The notes beneath the pieces were generated by a model. The model saw nothing but the letters and a program-made list of their open reading frames with translations, was not told the origin of the DNA and did no database searches. 64,000 bases of DNA from an uncultured virus (IMG/VR IMGVR_UViG_3300025101_000025) (taxonomy: Duplodnaviria; Heunggongvirae; Uroviricota; Caudoviricetes; Kyanoviridae), in the IMG/VR virus record IMGVR_UViG_3300025101_000025, positions 1 through 64,000 of that record; one strand, given 5' to 3'. Below, piece after piece: positions 48,930 through 58,722 of this stretch. The translations under genes were made by a program, and so were the position numbers. Position 1 is the first letter of the stretch. Each line of letters opens with the position of its first letter.

Positions 48930-50372
48930 ATGTTTCAATCAGAATCATTGCAGGAAAAGTGGAAGCCACTTCTTAACTATGAGGGCCTTGACGAAATCAA
49001 AGATCCCCATCGTAAAGCAGTTACCGCTGTCCTGTTAGAAAATCAAGAAAAATTCCTCAGAGAGGAGCAAGCATTTACATCAGGAATCAACCTGATGGAA
49101 CAACCAACTGTTAATACAAACACTGGTGCTAATGCTGGTTTCAGTGCTGGTGCAACTGCATCTGGCCCTGTCGCTGGTTTTGACCCTGTATTAATCAGTC
49201 TTATCCGTCGTTCTATGCCTAACTTGGTCGCATATGACCTAGCAGGTGTTCAACCAATGAGCGGCCCAACTGGACTTATCTTCGCGATGAGATCCAAGTA
49301 TAACACCATGTCCGGTGGAAGTTCTACAGAAACATTCTACAACGAAGTAGATTCTGCATTCTCCGGTCGTGACAGAGGAACTAACGCCGAAACAGGTTTT
49401 GTTGACGGTGCAGCTGGTATGGGAACAACATCTGTTTCTGCTACTAACCCTGCAGTTCTTAACCCTGTATCATCTGCTGATTCCACATCCTACAGAGTAG
49501 GTCAAGGAATGAGAACAGACGAGGCAGAAGCGTTGAATACTGGTCAAGATCAGTTCAACCAGATGGCATTCTCAATCGAGAAGATCACTGTTACTGCTAA
49601 GTCCAGAGCACTAAAGGCAGAGTATAGTTTAGAACTTGCTCAAGACCTTAAGGCAATCCACGGATTAAACGCAGAGGCAGAACTTGCTAACATCTTATCA
49701 ACTGAGATACTTGCTGAGATAAACAGAGAAGTTATCAGAACAATCTATAAGACTGCAGAGCAAGGTGCTGTTCAAAACGTTGCAACCGCTGGTATATTTG
49801 ACTTAGACGTTGACTCCAACGGTAGATGGTCAGTTGAGAAGTTCAAAGGACTACTCTTCCAGATCGAAAGAGATGCGAACGCAATTGCACAAAGAACTCG
49901 TAGAGGAAAGGGTAACATCATCCTTTGTTCTGCTGACGTTGCTTCTGCTCTAACAATGGCTGGCGTTCTTGACTACACTCCTGCACTTAATGCTAACCTT
50001 AACGTTGATGACACCGGTAATACATTTGCTGGAACATTACAAGGTAAGTTCAGAGTATACATCGACCCATATGCTGCTAACCTAACAGGTTCTGCATCTG
50101 GTGGTGCTGCTCCTACAGGTGGTAATCAATACTATGTTGTTGGTTACAAAGGAACATCTCCATACGATGCTGGATTGTTCTACTGCCCTTACGTTCCACT
50201 TCAGATGGTTCGTGCAGTGGGAGAAAATAGTTTCCAACCAAAAATCGGGTTTAAGACTCGTTATGGTATGGTTGCTAACCCATTCGCAGAAGGCACACAA
50301 GCAGGTCTTGGTTTCCTTAGTGTTAACTCAAACCGCTACTACAGACGTGTTGCTGTTAAAAACCTTATGTAA
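48930..50372 (+). CDS. gp23: Major capsid protein
   Basis: GVQPMSGPTGLIFAMR, AKSRALKAEYSLELAQDLKAIHGL, FQPKIGFKTRYG. Confidence 0.98.
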   Translation: MFQSESLQEKWKPLLNYEGLDEIKDPHRKAVTAVLLENQEKFLREEQAFTSGINLMEQPTVNTNTGANAGFSAGATASGPVAGFDPVLISLIRRSMPNLVAYDLAGVQPMSGPTGLIFAMRSKYNTMSGGSSTETFYNEVDSAFSGRDRGTNAETGFVDGAAGMGTTSVSATNPAVLNPVSSADSTSYRVGQGMRTDEAEALNTGQDQFNQMAFSIEKITVTAKSRALKAEYSLELAQDLKAIHGLNAEAELANILSTEILAEINREVIRTIYKTAEQGAVQNVATAGIFDLDVDSNGRWSVEKFKGLLFQIERDANAIAQRTRRGKGNIILCSADVASALTMAGVLDYTPALNANLNVDDTGNTFAGTLQGKFRVYIDPYAANLTGSASGGAAPTGGNQYYVVGYKGTSPYDAGLFYCPYVPLQMVRAVGENSFQPKIGFKTRYGMVANPFAEGTQAGLGFLSVNSNRYYRRVAVKNLM

Positions 50373-50394
50373 GCGAGATGCTTATATATCTTTC

Positions 50395-50423
50395 AAAGAG
50401 ACCCTTGACGGGTCTCTTTTTTT
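50395..50423 (+). terminator. Terminator after gp23 with embedded -35 box
   Basis: AAAGAGACCC-TTGAC-GGGTCTCTTTTTTT. Confidence 0.85.
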
Positions 50424-50433
50424 ATGCTATTCT
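50405..50433 (+). promoter_or_regulatory. sigma70-type promoter overlapping the terminator
   Basis: TTGACG-N17-TATTCT with TGn extension. Confidence 0.6.
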
Positions 50434-50458
50434 ATAAAAGCATACACACATTTACACT

Positions 50459-50662
50459 ATGAAACCCGTAGCACGAGTAACCGACAAGTTTGATGTCGTC
50501 ACTTTTTTAGCAGATCAATATCTATTAGAGTCTATTAATAGTATCGATAAAAGATTAGGGCAAGGATATGCCAAAAAGAATCCTCAATTAGTTTCTACAA
50601 TGGTTAAAGTTATGCAAGATTGTTCTTTTGTTAATGAAGGACAAATTGCAGTATTAAATTAG
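50459..50662 (+). CDS. Small hypothetical protein
   Basis: 67 aa between two near-identical terminators. Confidence 0.75.
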   Translation: MKPVARVTDKFDVVTFLADQYLLESINSIDKRLGQGYAKKNPQLVSTMVKVMQDCSFVNEGQIAVLN

Positions 50663-50663
50663 C

Positions 50664-50692
50664 AAGAGGAGACCCGAAAGGGTCTCTTTTTT
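50664..50692 (+). terminator. Rho-independent terminator
   Basis: GAGACCC-GAAA-GGGTCTC-TTTTTT. Confidence 0.9.
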
Positions 50693-50718
50693 ATCTAAAT
50701 AAAGAAAAGAGTAATAAT

Positions 50719-51273
50719 ATGTCTCGACCATCACAAATTGAAAATAGAAATTTTCTCTCTCCAGTTGGGTTTAAATTTAACCTTAAACGAAGTCCGGGGG
50801 TTGCTTTCTTTTGCAATACTGCAAATATTCCAGACCTCAACTTAGGAGTTGCCAACCAACCCAATTACTTAAGAGATATACCAGTTCCCGGTGATAAAAT
50901 TGATTTCGGTGATTTAAACATCCGATTTCTTGTTGATGAAGACTTAAAAAATTTCATGGAAATACAAAAATGGTTAAGAGGTTTAGGTTTTCCAGAAGAA
51001 GTTCAAGAGTTTCGTGATTGGGAAGCAAGTGGACTTCAACCAAAAAGAAACTATGGTAAAGCACCTCAAGATATTTTTTCTGATGGAACTTTACAAATTT
51101 TAAGTAGTAACTTTATTCCTAAATTTAATGTTACATTTAAAGATTTATGGCCTTATAGTTTGACTACTTTATCATTCGATGCTACAGATACAGATATTGA
51201 ATACTTTACAGCTGATGCAAGTTTTAAATATACCATGTATAATATAACTGACTTATCCAATAATCCTTTATGA
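50719..51273 (+). CDS. gp3: Tail completion / tube terminator protein
   Basis: NRNFLSPVGFKF, PGDKIDFGDL.IRFLVDEDL.NF; CTAAATA at 50695. Confidence 0.85.
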   Translation: MSRPSQIENRNFLSPVGFKFNLKRSPGVAFFCNTANIPDLNLGVANQPNYLRDIPVPGDKIDFGDLNIRFLVDEDLKNFMEIQKWLRGLGFPEEVQEFRDWEASGLQPKRNYGKAPQDIFSDGTLQILSSNFIPKFNVTFKDLWPYSLTTLSFDATDTDIEYFTADASFKYTMYNITDLSNNPL

Positions 51274-51704
51274 TTGATCTTGAAAAACTTCAAGAGATGT
51301 GGGAAAAAGATGCAAAAATAGATCGTGATAATCTACATGATGAGTCACTGAATATCCCCTCTCTACATGCAAAGTATTTTGAATTATATAATACAATCTT
51401 TCTATTAAGAAAAAAAGCAGAACAACAAAGAAAAAATATTCGTCATGAACGGTATGAGTATTTTAGTGGAAAAGCAGATCCAGATGTTTATATTGAGAAT
51501 CCATTTCCAAAAAAGATAAGAGATAAAGATACCATGACTAAGTATCTTGATGCAGATGATAAATTATCAAATGCCACTTTGAAAATAGATTACTATGATA
51601 CGATGTTAGTATATCTCGAAAGTATTCTTAAAGTAATACAAAATAGAACATTTCAAATTAAAAATGCCATTGAGTTTATGAGATTTAATTCTGGACTGGG
51701 TTGA
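51270..51704 (+). CDS. uvsY: Recombination mediator
   Basis: LHAKY, YLDAD, RTFQIKNAIEFMRF; position before uvsW. Confidence 0.88.
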   Translation: MIDLEKLQEMWEKDAKIDRDNLHDESLNIPSLHAKYFELYNTIFLLRKKAEQQRKNIRHERYEYFSGKADPDVYIENPFPKKIRDKDTMTKYLDADDKLSNATLKIDYYDTMLVYLESILKVIQNRTFQIKNAIEFMRFNSGLG

Positions 51705-51731
51705 TAAATACATATAGATTTATGGATCTAT

Positions 51732-53204
51732 GTGACAGCAAACGTTGTTATATCTAAAGCAAATGAAGTATTCTTGACAGTAAATGCTGAACCACACATT
51801 CAGTATGAACTTCGAGATCATTTCACATTTCAGGTTGAGGGTGCAAAGTTTATGCCCCAATATCGTAATCGTAACTGGAATGGTGAAATACATTTATTTG
51901 ATCTACGGTCAAAAAGAATTTACATTGGACTGTTAGATCGTATCATAGCATTTTGTAAGAAGCACGATTATAGTTATAGATTTGAAGATAATGAATATTA
52001 CGGATCTCCTTTTGAGTTAAATGAAAGGATTTCATATGAAGGTGTAAAAGATTATATACGTTCTATTTCAAGAATTTCCCCTCGTAATTATCAGATAGAT
52101 GGAGTATATGATGCCTTACGGCACAATAGAAAATTATTGATATCACCGACTGCTTCAGGTAAATCTTTGATGATTTACGCTCTTGTAAGATATTATGTAG
52201 ATAAATCTCAAAAAATCCTGCTAGTTGTTCCAACGACATCCCTTGTAGAACAGATGTATAAGGACTTTCAAGATTATGGTTGGGATTCTGATTCATACTG
52301 CCATCGAATATATTCTGGAAAAGAAAAGACCAATGAATATCCAGTTACGATTACAACATGGCAATCTGTATATAAACTTGAAAGATCTTTCTTTGAAGAT
52401 TATAGTGTAATCATTGGAGATGAAGCTCACCTGTTTAAGAGTAAGTCATTAATATCTATAATGACAAAACTACATCATGCAAAATATCGTTTTGGATTTA
52501 CTGGAACTTTGGATGGAACACAAACACATAAGTGGGTATTAGAGGGATTATTTGGCCCATCATATAAAGTAACTAAAACAGATGAATTGATGAAGCAGGG
52601 TCATCTATCTCAATTGGATATACAATGTTTAGTTCTCAAACACTCTCCACAAAAATTTGAAACATATGAAGATGAACTGCAATATTTAATCACACATTCA
52701 CAAAGAAATCGTTTCATTACTAACTTAGCACTTGATCTAAAAGGTAATACTCTTATCTTATACAGTCGAGTAGAAACTCATGGTGCAGTTTTATATGAAC
52801 TAATAAATACTAACAAGAGTGGTAATCGAAAAGTTTTCTTTGTTCATGGTGGTGTGGATGCTGAAGAAAGAGAACAGATTCGTGAAATCACTGAGAGAGA
52901 AGTGAATGCTATTATTGTTGCATCCTATGGAACATTTTCAACAGGTATCAATATTAAAAACTTGCATAATATTGTTTTTGCCTCTCCGTCAAAGTCTCGA
53001 ATTAGAAACCTCCAAAGCATTGGCAGAATACTCAGAAAAGGAACTAACAAAACCAAAGCTATTCTATACGATATCTCTGATGACTGCTCTAATAAATCTA
53101 GAAAAAACTACACATTAAATCATCTAATAGAAAGAATAAAAATTTATAACGAAGAAAACTTTAACTATGAAATAATTACAATTCAATTAAAAGGAGACAA
53201 ATGA
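51732..53204 (+). CDS. uvsW: SF2 DNA helicase
   Basis: SPTASGKS, DEAH, TGT, QSIGRILR. Confidence 0.95.
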   Translation: MTANVVISKANEVFLTVNAEPHIQYELRDHFTFQVEGAKFMPQYRNRNWNGEIHLFDLRSKRIYIGLLDRIIAFCKKHDYSYRFEDNEYYGSPFELNERISYEGVKDYIRSISRISPRNYQIDGVYDALRHNRKLLISPTASGKSLMIYALVRYYVDKSQKILLVVPTTSLVEQMYKDFQDYGWDSDSYCHRIYSGKEKTNEYPVTITTWQSVYKLERSFFEDYSVIIGDEAHLFKSKSLISIMTKLHHAKYRFGFTGTLDGTQTHKWVLEGLFGPSYKVTKTDELMKQGHLSQLDIQCLVLKHSPQKFETYEDELQYLITHSQRNRFITNLALDLKGNTLILYSRVETHGAVLYELINTNKSGNRKVFFVHGGVDAEEREQIREITEREVNAIIVASYGTFSTGINIKNLHNIVFASPSKSRIRNLQSIGRILRKGTNKTKAILYDISDDCSNKSRKNYTLNHLIERIKIYNEENFNYEIITIQLKGDK

Positions 53205-53596
53205 TAGAAGACGATTTTTATGCTACAATAAAATTTAAGAATGGTGAAGAAATATTTGCCAAGGTAGCAGCCTCTGAAGAAGAGGATAGAACTTTACTTA
53301 TTGTATCTAATCCTATCGTTATTAATGAAGTTAAAGCAAAGAATGGAATTTCTGGATATCGAATTGAACCATGGTTAAAAACAACTAAAGAAGATATATT
53401 CATGATTAATTTAACAGATATCCTAACCTTATCAGAATCATATGATGTTGAAGTAATTTCAATGTATCAAAAATGGGTAAAGGATACGACAAGAGTAAAA
53501 AACAAAGAACCAAAACTAAGTCGTGAAATGGGATATATTGCTAGTGTAAGTGATGCAAAAGATATATTAGAAAAACTATTCAAACTTAAAGGCTAA
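53201..53596 (+). CDS. Hypothetical protein (possible Sm-like fold)
   Basis: 131 aa; IKFKNGEEIFAKV...NP...PW pattern. Confidence 0.75.
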   Translation: MIEDDFYATIKFKNGEEIFAKVAASEEEDRTLLIVSNPIVINEVKAKNGISGYRIEPWLKTTKEDIFMINLTDILTLSESYDVEVISMYQKWVKDTTRVKNKEPKLSREMGYIASVSDAKDILEKLFKLKG

Positions 53597-53621
53597 TTAC
53601 CCTTGAACCTCTACAAAGGTT

Positions 53622-53650
53622 ATTCTACACATATTTTAATACCTTGTCAA
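53622..53650 (-). promoter_or_regulatory. Leftward (antisense) sigma70-type promoter
   Basis: Minus strand TTGACA-N17-TAGAAT. Confidence 0.6.
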
Positions 53651-53655
53651 GTAGC

Positions 53656-53684
53656 TTGCTATTTTGATACAAAAATGTTATAAT
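53656..53684 (+). promoter_or_regulatory. sigma70-type promoter for gp55 operon
   Basis: TTGCTA-N17-TATAAT with TGn extension. Confidence 0.75.
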
Positions 53685-53709
53685 TTCTACATAATAATGA
53701 TTAATAGTT

Positions 53710-54204
53710 ATGGCAATAATTAAACCTATGCCGAAAAGAAAACGATCTGAACATTATGTGAATAACAAAGAGTTTCTTGCTGCTTTGATTCGATACCGTG
53801 AAGATGTAGAGATAGCAGAAATTAGAGGTAATCCAAAACCAGTTATTCCAAGATATATTGGTGATTGTTTTTTAAAGATTGCTAATCATCTATCATTTAA
53901 ACCAAACTTTGTAAATTATATGTTCAAGGAGGACATGATCTCTGATGGAATCGAAAATTGCGTTCAATACATACATAATTTTAATCCTGAGAAATCCAAA
54001 AATCCTTTTGCTTACTTTACGCAGATTATTCATTTTGCGTTTCTCAGGAGAATACAAAGAGAAAAAAGACAATTAGATATTAAAAATAAAATACTAGAAA
54101 GATCCGGTTATGATGAAGTCTTTCATGGTGATAAGGTTGACGGAATGGCTACTTCCGACTATAATCAAATTAAGGATGCAGTGCACTCTAAACTACGTTA
54201 TTAA
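53710..54204 (+). CDS. gp55: Late-transcription sigma factor
   Basis: HYVNNKEF, DMISDGIENC, NPFAYFTQI...AFLRRI..EK. Confidence 0.95.
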   Translation: MAIIKPMPKRKRSEHYVNNKEFLAALIRYREDVEIAEIRGNPKPVIPRYIGDCFLKIANHLSFKPNFVNYMFKEDMISDGIENCVQYIHNFNPEKSKNPFAYFTQIIHFAFLRRIQREKRQLDIKNKILERSGYDEVFHGDKVDGMATSDYNQIKDAVHSKLRY

Positions 54205-55244
54205 TGAAAATTGCGATTATAACAGATCAACACTTCGGGTGTCGTAAGAACTCGCAAATTTTTCATGATTATTTTTTGAAATTTTATAATGATATATTTT
54301 TTCCTAAACTAGAAGAAGAAGGTATCACTACCATAATTGATATGGGAGATACTTTCGATAGTCGAAAGGGGATTGATTTTTCTGCTTTAACTTGGGCAAA
54401 GAAAAATTACTTTGATAGACTTAAGCAGATGGGTATAACAGTTCATACTATTGTTGGAAATCATACTGCATATTATAAAAATACAAATGAAGTAAATGCT
54501 ATTGATTTATTATTGAAAGAATATGACAATGTAAGAGTATATTCTGAAACAACTAATATATGCATAGATGGATTAAATATTCTTCTTGTTCCTTGGATCA
54601 ATTCAGAAAATAAAGAGAAAAGTTTAGCATTAATTAAAGACTCACAATCTCCTGTTTGTATGGGACATCTGGAGTTAAAGGGTTATAAAGTAAATGAATA
54701 TGTTGTAATGGATCATGGGTTAGATGATAAACCTTTTGAAAAATTTGAAAGAGTTTTCTCTGGACATTTTCATACAAGATCAAATAATGGTAAAGTTTAT
54801 TACTTTGGTAATCCTTATGAAATGTATTGGAATGATTATGATGATACAAGAGGATTTCATTTCTTTGATACAAACACCTTAGAGCATACTGCAGTTAATA
54901 ATCCATATCGTTTCTTCTATAAAATTTATTATGAGGATACACCTCATCAAACTTTTGATACAAGAGAATACGAAAATAAAATTGTAAAATTAATTGTTCG
55001 TAAAAAATCTGATCCTAAAAAGTTTGAAAAGTTTATTGATAAATTATATGCTTCAAATATTCATGAACTTAAAGTTATTGAAAATTTTCAATTGCATGAG
55101 AATGAAGAGTTTGAGGCTTTTGAATCAGAAGACACTCTCTCTATTTTAAATAGGTATGTTGAAGAATCTGATGTTGATCTCAAAAAATCTACAATACAAG
55201 ATTTGATTAAAGAAGTTTATCAAGAGGCATGTGAATTAGTTTAA
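54204..55244 (+). CDS. gp47: Recombination endonuclease subunit (Mre11/SbcD-like)
   Basis: TDQHFG, GDTFD, GNH, GHFH metallophosphoesterase motifs. Confidence 0.95.
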   Translation: MKIAIITDQHFGCRKNSQIFHDYFLKFYNDIFFPKLEEEGITTIIDMGDTFDSRKGIDFSALTWAKKNYFDRLKQMGITVHTIVGNHTAYYKNTNEVNAIDLLLKEYDNVRVYSETTNICIDGLNILLVPWINSENKEKSLALIKDSQSPVCMGHLELKGYKVNEYVVMDHGLDDKPFEKFERVFSGHFHTRSNNGKVYYFGNPYEMYWNDYDDTRGFHFFDTNTLEHTAVNNPYRFFYKIYYEDTPHQTFDTREYENKIVKLIVRKKSDPKKFEKFIDKLYASNIHELKVIENFQLHENEEFEAFESEDTLSILNRYVEESDVDLKKSTIQDLIKEVYQEACELV

Positions 55245-55516
55245 TGTTTGTTCTAACAATCGTAGGAAGAGAAGATGAAGGAGCATACTCTGTTCAAAAT
55301 GAAGAAGGTGATAGTATCTTGTATCTTTTTGAAGAACAAGACGATGCTGTTAGATATGCTATGATGTTAGAGGATATGGATTATCCTGAAATGCATGTGA
55401 TGGAAGTCGATCCAGCTGCTATGTTAAACTTATGTCAAAATTATGATTATGAATACACGGTTATTACTCCAAATGATATTGTTATCCCACCTGATATAGA
55501 GCATGATTTTATTTGA
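55244..55516 (+). CDS. DUF3110-like protein
   Basis: EGAYS...LFEEQDDAVRYAMMLE..DYP resembles cyanobacterial DUF3110 from memory. Confidence 0.6.
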   Translation: MFVLTIVGREDEGAYSVQNEEGDSILYLFEEQDDAVRYAMMLEDMDYPEMHVMEVDPAAMLNLCQNYDYEYTVITPNDIVIPPDIEHDFI

Positions 55517-57215
55517 AAAAGTTCGTTGGAAAAATTTCCTTTCAACGGGTGATCAATATTCTGAGATAGATTTTCAAGGTTCATCTACAACTTTGATAGT
55601 GGGATCTAATGGAAGTGGAAAGAGCACAGTTTTGGATGCTTTAACTTTTGGTTTGTTTTCAAAACCATTTCGTAAGATAAACAAAAGTCAATTAATTAAT
55701 ACTGTTAATGAGAAAGATTTAAGAGTTGAAGTTGAATTTGTAATAGGAACAATAACATGGAAAGTAATTCGTGGTATCAAACCAAATATATTTGAGATAT
55801 GGAGAAATGATAAACTACTTGATCAGTTTGCATCTGTAAATGATCAGCAAAAATGGTTAGAACAAAATGTAGTAAAGATGAATTATAAATCGTTTACACA
55901 GATTGTAATTCTAGGATCAAGTAACTTTGTCCCATTCATGCAATTAAGTGCAACGAATCGTAGAGAAGTAATTGAAGATTTACTTGACATAAAAATATTC
56001 ACATCGATGAATAATATTATCAAGGATAAGATTAGGCAAGTTAAAGAGAAAACAAAAACTTTAGATCTTAAAAAAGAATCTTTAATTGATAAAGTTTCTA
56101 TGCAAGAAAGATTTATGAATGAAATAGAGACTCGTGGTAAAGAGGATATTGAAAAGAAGAAAAAAAAGATGGATAGTTTAGGTGATGATATTTGTGTTTG
56201 TATTATGCAGAATGAGGAGGCAGAGGATAGTATCTATGGATTGCAGCAAAAACAAGAAAAATTAACAGCAGCATCAGACACTTTAGCTAAACTTAATAAT
56301 TTAAAAGGTCAGATATCTAATAAAGTATCAATGATATCTAAAGAGGATAAATTTTTTAAAGACAATACGGTTTGTCCTACATGCACTCAGGAAATCGATG
56401 AAGATTTCAGAATAAATAAAATCAATGACGCTCAAAATAAAGCAAAGAAGTTGCAATCAGGTTATAAAGAACTTGAAGATACAATTAAAAAAGAACAAGA
56501 AAGAGAGCGTCAATTTACAAAAATATCAAAGGAGATTACTAAACTCACGCATGGCATTTCTCAAAACAACTCTCTCATCTCTAACTGTCAAAAACAACAA
56601 CGAGATCTTAAAGATGAAGTTCAAACACTTACCAATCAAATTGAAAACAGAAATACTGAGCATGAAAAGTTAGAAACATTTAAACAAAATCTCCAAGATA
56701 CATATGAAGAATTAGGGTCTCAGAAAGAGAAAATAAAATATTTTAATTATACCTATGAGTTATTGAAAGATGGTGGAGTTAAAGCAAAAATTATAAAGAA
56801 GTATTTACCATTAATAAATCAACAGATAAATCGTTATCTACAGATGATGGACTTCTATATTAATTTTACTCTTGATGAAGAGTTTAATGAAACTGTTCAA
56901 TCACCAATTCATGAAGATTTTTCATATGCTTCGTTTAGTGAGGGAGAAAAACAAAGAATAGATTTAGCTTTGTTATTTACTTGGAGAGAAGTTGCTAAGT
57001 TTAAAAATTCAATATCTACTAATTTAATGGTATTGGATGAGGTGTTTGATAGTTCACTTGATGGTCAAGGAACAGAGGAATTTTTAAAGATAATTAAATA
57101 TGTTATTGAAGATGCTAACATATTTGTTATTTCTCACAAAACAGGTCTAGATGATAGATTTGAAAATGTGGTAAGATTTGAAAAAATTAAAGGATTCAGT
57201 AGGATGGTATCATGA
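55503..57215 (+). CDS. gp46: Recombination ATPase (Rad50/SbcC-like)
   Basis: GSNGSGKST, CPTC hook, FSEGE signature, LDEVFDSSLD, ISH. Confidence 0.96.
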   Translation: MILFEKVRWKNFLSTGDQYSEIDFQGSSTTLIVGSNGSGKSTVLDALTFGLFSKPFRKINKSQLINTVNEKDLRVEVEFVIGTITWKVIRGIKPNIFEIWRNDKLLDQFASVNDQQKWLEQNVVKMNYKSFTQIVILGSSNFVPFMQLSATNRREVIEDLLDIKIFTSMNNIIKDKIRQVKEKTKTLDLKKESLIDKVSMQERFMNEIETRGKEDIEKKKKKMDSLGDDICVCIMQNEEAEDSIYGLQQKQEKLTAASDTLAKLNNLKGQISNKVSMISKEDKFFKDNTVCPTCTQEIDEDFRINKINDAQNKAKKLQSGYKELEDTIKKEQERERQFTKISKEITKLTHGISQNNSLISNCQKQQRDLKDEVQTLTNQIENRNTEHEKLETFKQNLQDTYEELGSQKEKIKYFNYTYELLKDGGVKAKIIKKYLPLINQQINRYLQMMDFYINFTLDEEFNETVQSPIHEDFSYASFSEGEKQRIDLALLFTWREVAKFKNSISTNLMVLDEVFDSSLDGQGTEEFLKIIKYVIEDANIFVISHKTGLDDRFENVVRFEKIKGFSRMVS

Positions 57216-58000
57216 TTGGAATTGTTGGTAATGGTTTTGTTGGCAACGCTGTCTATCAAAATTTTAGAGACAAAACACAATGCAAGGTCTATGACACAGA
57301 CAAAAATAGATCTTTAAATACTTTAGGAGAGGTAATAAATGAGAATTTTATTTTCGTTTGTTTACCAACCCCAATGAGATATGGGGGTGAGTGTGATTTA
57401 TCAATCTTAAATAAATTTTTTGAGGATTTGCCAGATCATATTACTGGAACATTTGTTATCAAATCAACTGTTCCAATAGGAACAACTAAAAAGTTTTTTG
57501 AGAGACATAATGTAATTCATAATCCAGAATTTTTAACTGCTAGAAATGCAATAAAAGACTTTGCAAATTCTGAGAGAAATATTGTTGGTGGTGATATGGA
57601 ATTATGTGTTGATTTTGTTCGTATGTTTGAAGAATATTTTCCTCACATTCCAAGTATCATTACAACTTCTGATGAGAGTGAAGCAATTAAGTATTTTTCA
57701 AATACATTTCTTGCATACAAAGTAGCATACTTCAATAAAATATATGATTTATGTCAAAAGGTTGGTATGGATTATGATGTAGTGGTTGAAGGTGTGACTG
57801 CAGATAGTCGCATTGGTAAATCACATACTAAAGTTCCCGGAATTGATAATGATCGTGGATTTGGTGGAACTTGTTTTCCTAAAGATTTGAACTCATTGAT
57901 TGTTCAGATGGAATCTCATGGTGTAAATGCTGATATGTTCAAAGAAATATGGAAGTATAATCAAGAGATTAGAAATGTAATTGATTGGCCAGTAACATGA
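57212..58000 (+). CDS. UDP-glucose/GDP-mannose dehydrogenase family protein (short form)
   Basis: GNGFVG Rossmann motif, IKST, NPEFL, IKYFSN, GFGGTCFPKD catalytic Cys motif. Confidence 0.85.
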   Translation: MIGIVGNGFVGNAVYQNFRDKTQCKVYDTDKNRSLNTLGEVINENFIFVCLPTPMRYGGECDLSILNKFFEDLPDHITGTFVIKSTVPIGTTKKFFERHNVIHNPEFLTARNAIKDFANSERNIVGGDMELCVDFVRMFEEYFPHIPSIITTSDESEAIKYFSNTFLAYKVAYFNKIYDLCQKVGMDYDVVVEGVTADSRIGKSHTKVPGIDNDRGFGGTCFPKDLNSLIVQMESHGVNADMFKEIWKYNQEIRNVIDWPVT

Positions 58001-58722
58001 AAGTATTAGTAACAGGACATCGTGGATTTATCGGTAGATATGTATTTGCTGATTGGAGAAAGGAATTGGGTTATGAGGTGCATGGTATTGATTTTCCTGA
58101 TGATATAAAAAATTTTAAAGGTGGTGATTATGGATTAGTCATACATCTTGCTGCGTATGCTGATTTACGAGAAAGTGTAGAACAACCAGAAAAGTATTAT
58201 GAAAATAATGTTGTAAAATCAAAACCACTGTTTGATTGGTGTCGAGAAACAAATACAAGATTATTATATGCATCAACTGGTGCTGCAAATGAAAACTATT
58301 GGGATAATCCTTATGCTTTGAGTAAGTGGGTAAATGAGCAAATGGCTCCACCTAATTCTGTTGGTATGAGATTTTCGACAGTGTATGGGCCTGATGTCAG
58401 ACCAAATATGATGTATGGTTTGCTACGAGATAAAAAGGCAACCTATGTGACTAATCACAAAAGAGATTGGATTCATGTTAAGGATGTGTGTAGTGCAATA
58501 AGATATCTTGCTCCTAGTTCAATAACAGGCCCAGTTCAAATAGGGTATGGAGAATCTGTTCCAGTTAAAAAACTTGCAGAAAAATTTGGACAAGGTGATT
58601 TACCTGTTAAAGATTACACTCCCGGTGAAGTGGATGATAATGTTGCTGATATATCTGTGATGGCAAGTATTGGATGGATGCCAACAATTAGTGTATTGGA
58701 GTCAGTAGATGCCGACCTATAA
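57997..58722 (+). CDS. NAD-dependent epimerase/dehydratase
   Basis: VTGHRGFIG, HLAA, YALSK (YxxxK), VYGP, RDWIHV.D; ATGA overlap supports the 57997 start. Confidence 0.88.
   Translation: MKVLVTGHRGFIGRYVFADWRKELGYEVHGIDFPDDIKNFKGGDYGLVIHLAAYADLRESVEQPEKYYENNVVKSKPLFDWCRETNTRLLYASTGAANENYWDNPYALSKWVNEQMAPPNSVGMRFSTVYGPDVRPNMMYGLLRDKKATYVTNHKRDWIHVKDVCSAIRYLAPSSITGPVQIGYGESVPVKKLAEKFGQGDLPVKDYTPGEVDDNVADISVMASIGWMPTISVLESVDADL

Noticed and set aside
50101..50493. 130-aa alternate-frame ORF as a frameshift extension of gp23
   Set aside because: It crosses a strong terminator, I saw no convincing slippery site, and the sequence has no recognisable domain.
39175..57215. Introns, inteins or homing endonucleases in gp17, gp20, gp23, uvsW, gp46, gp47
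   Set aside because: ORFs are continuous and of ordinary length; no LAGLIDADG, HNH, GIY-YIG or intein terminal motifs recognised.
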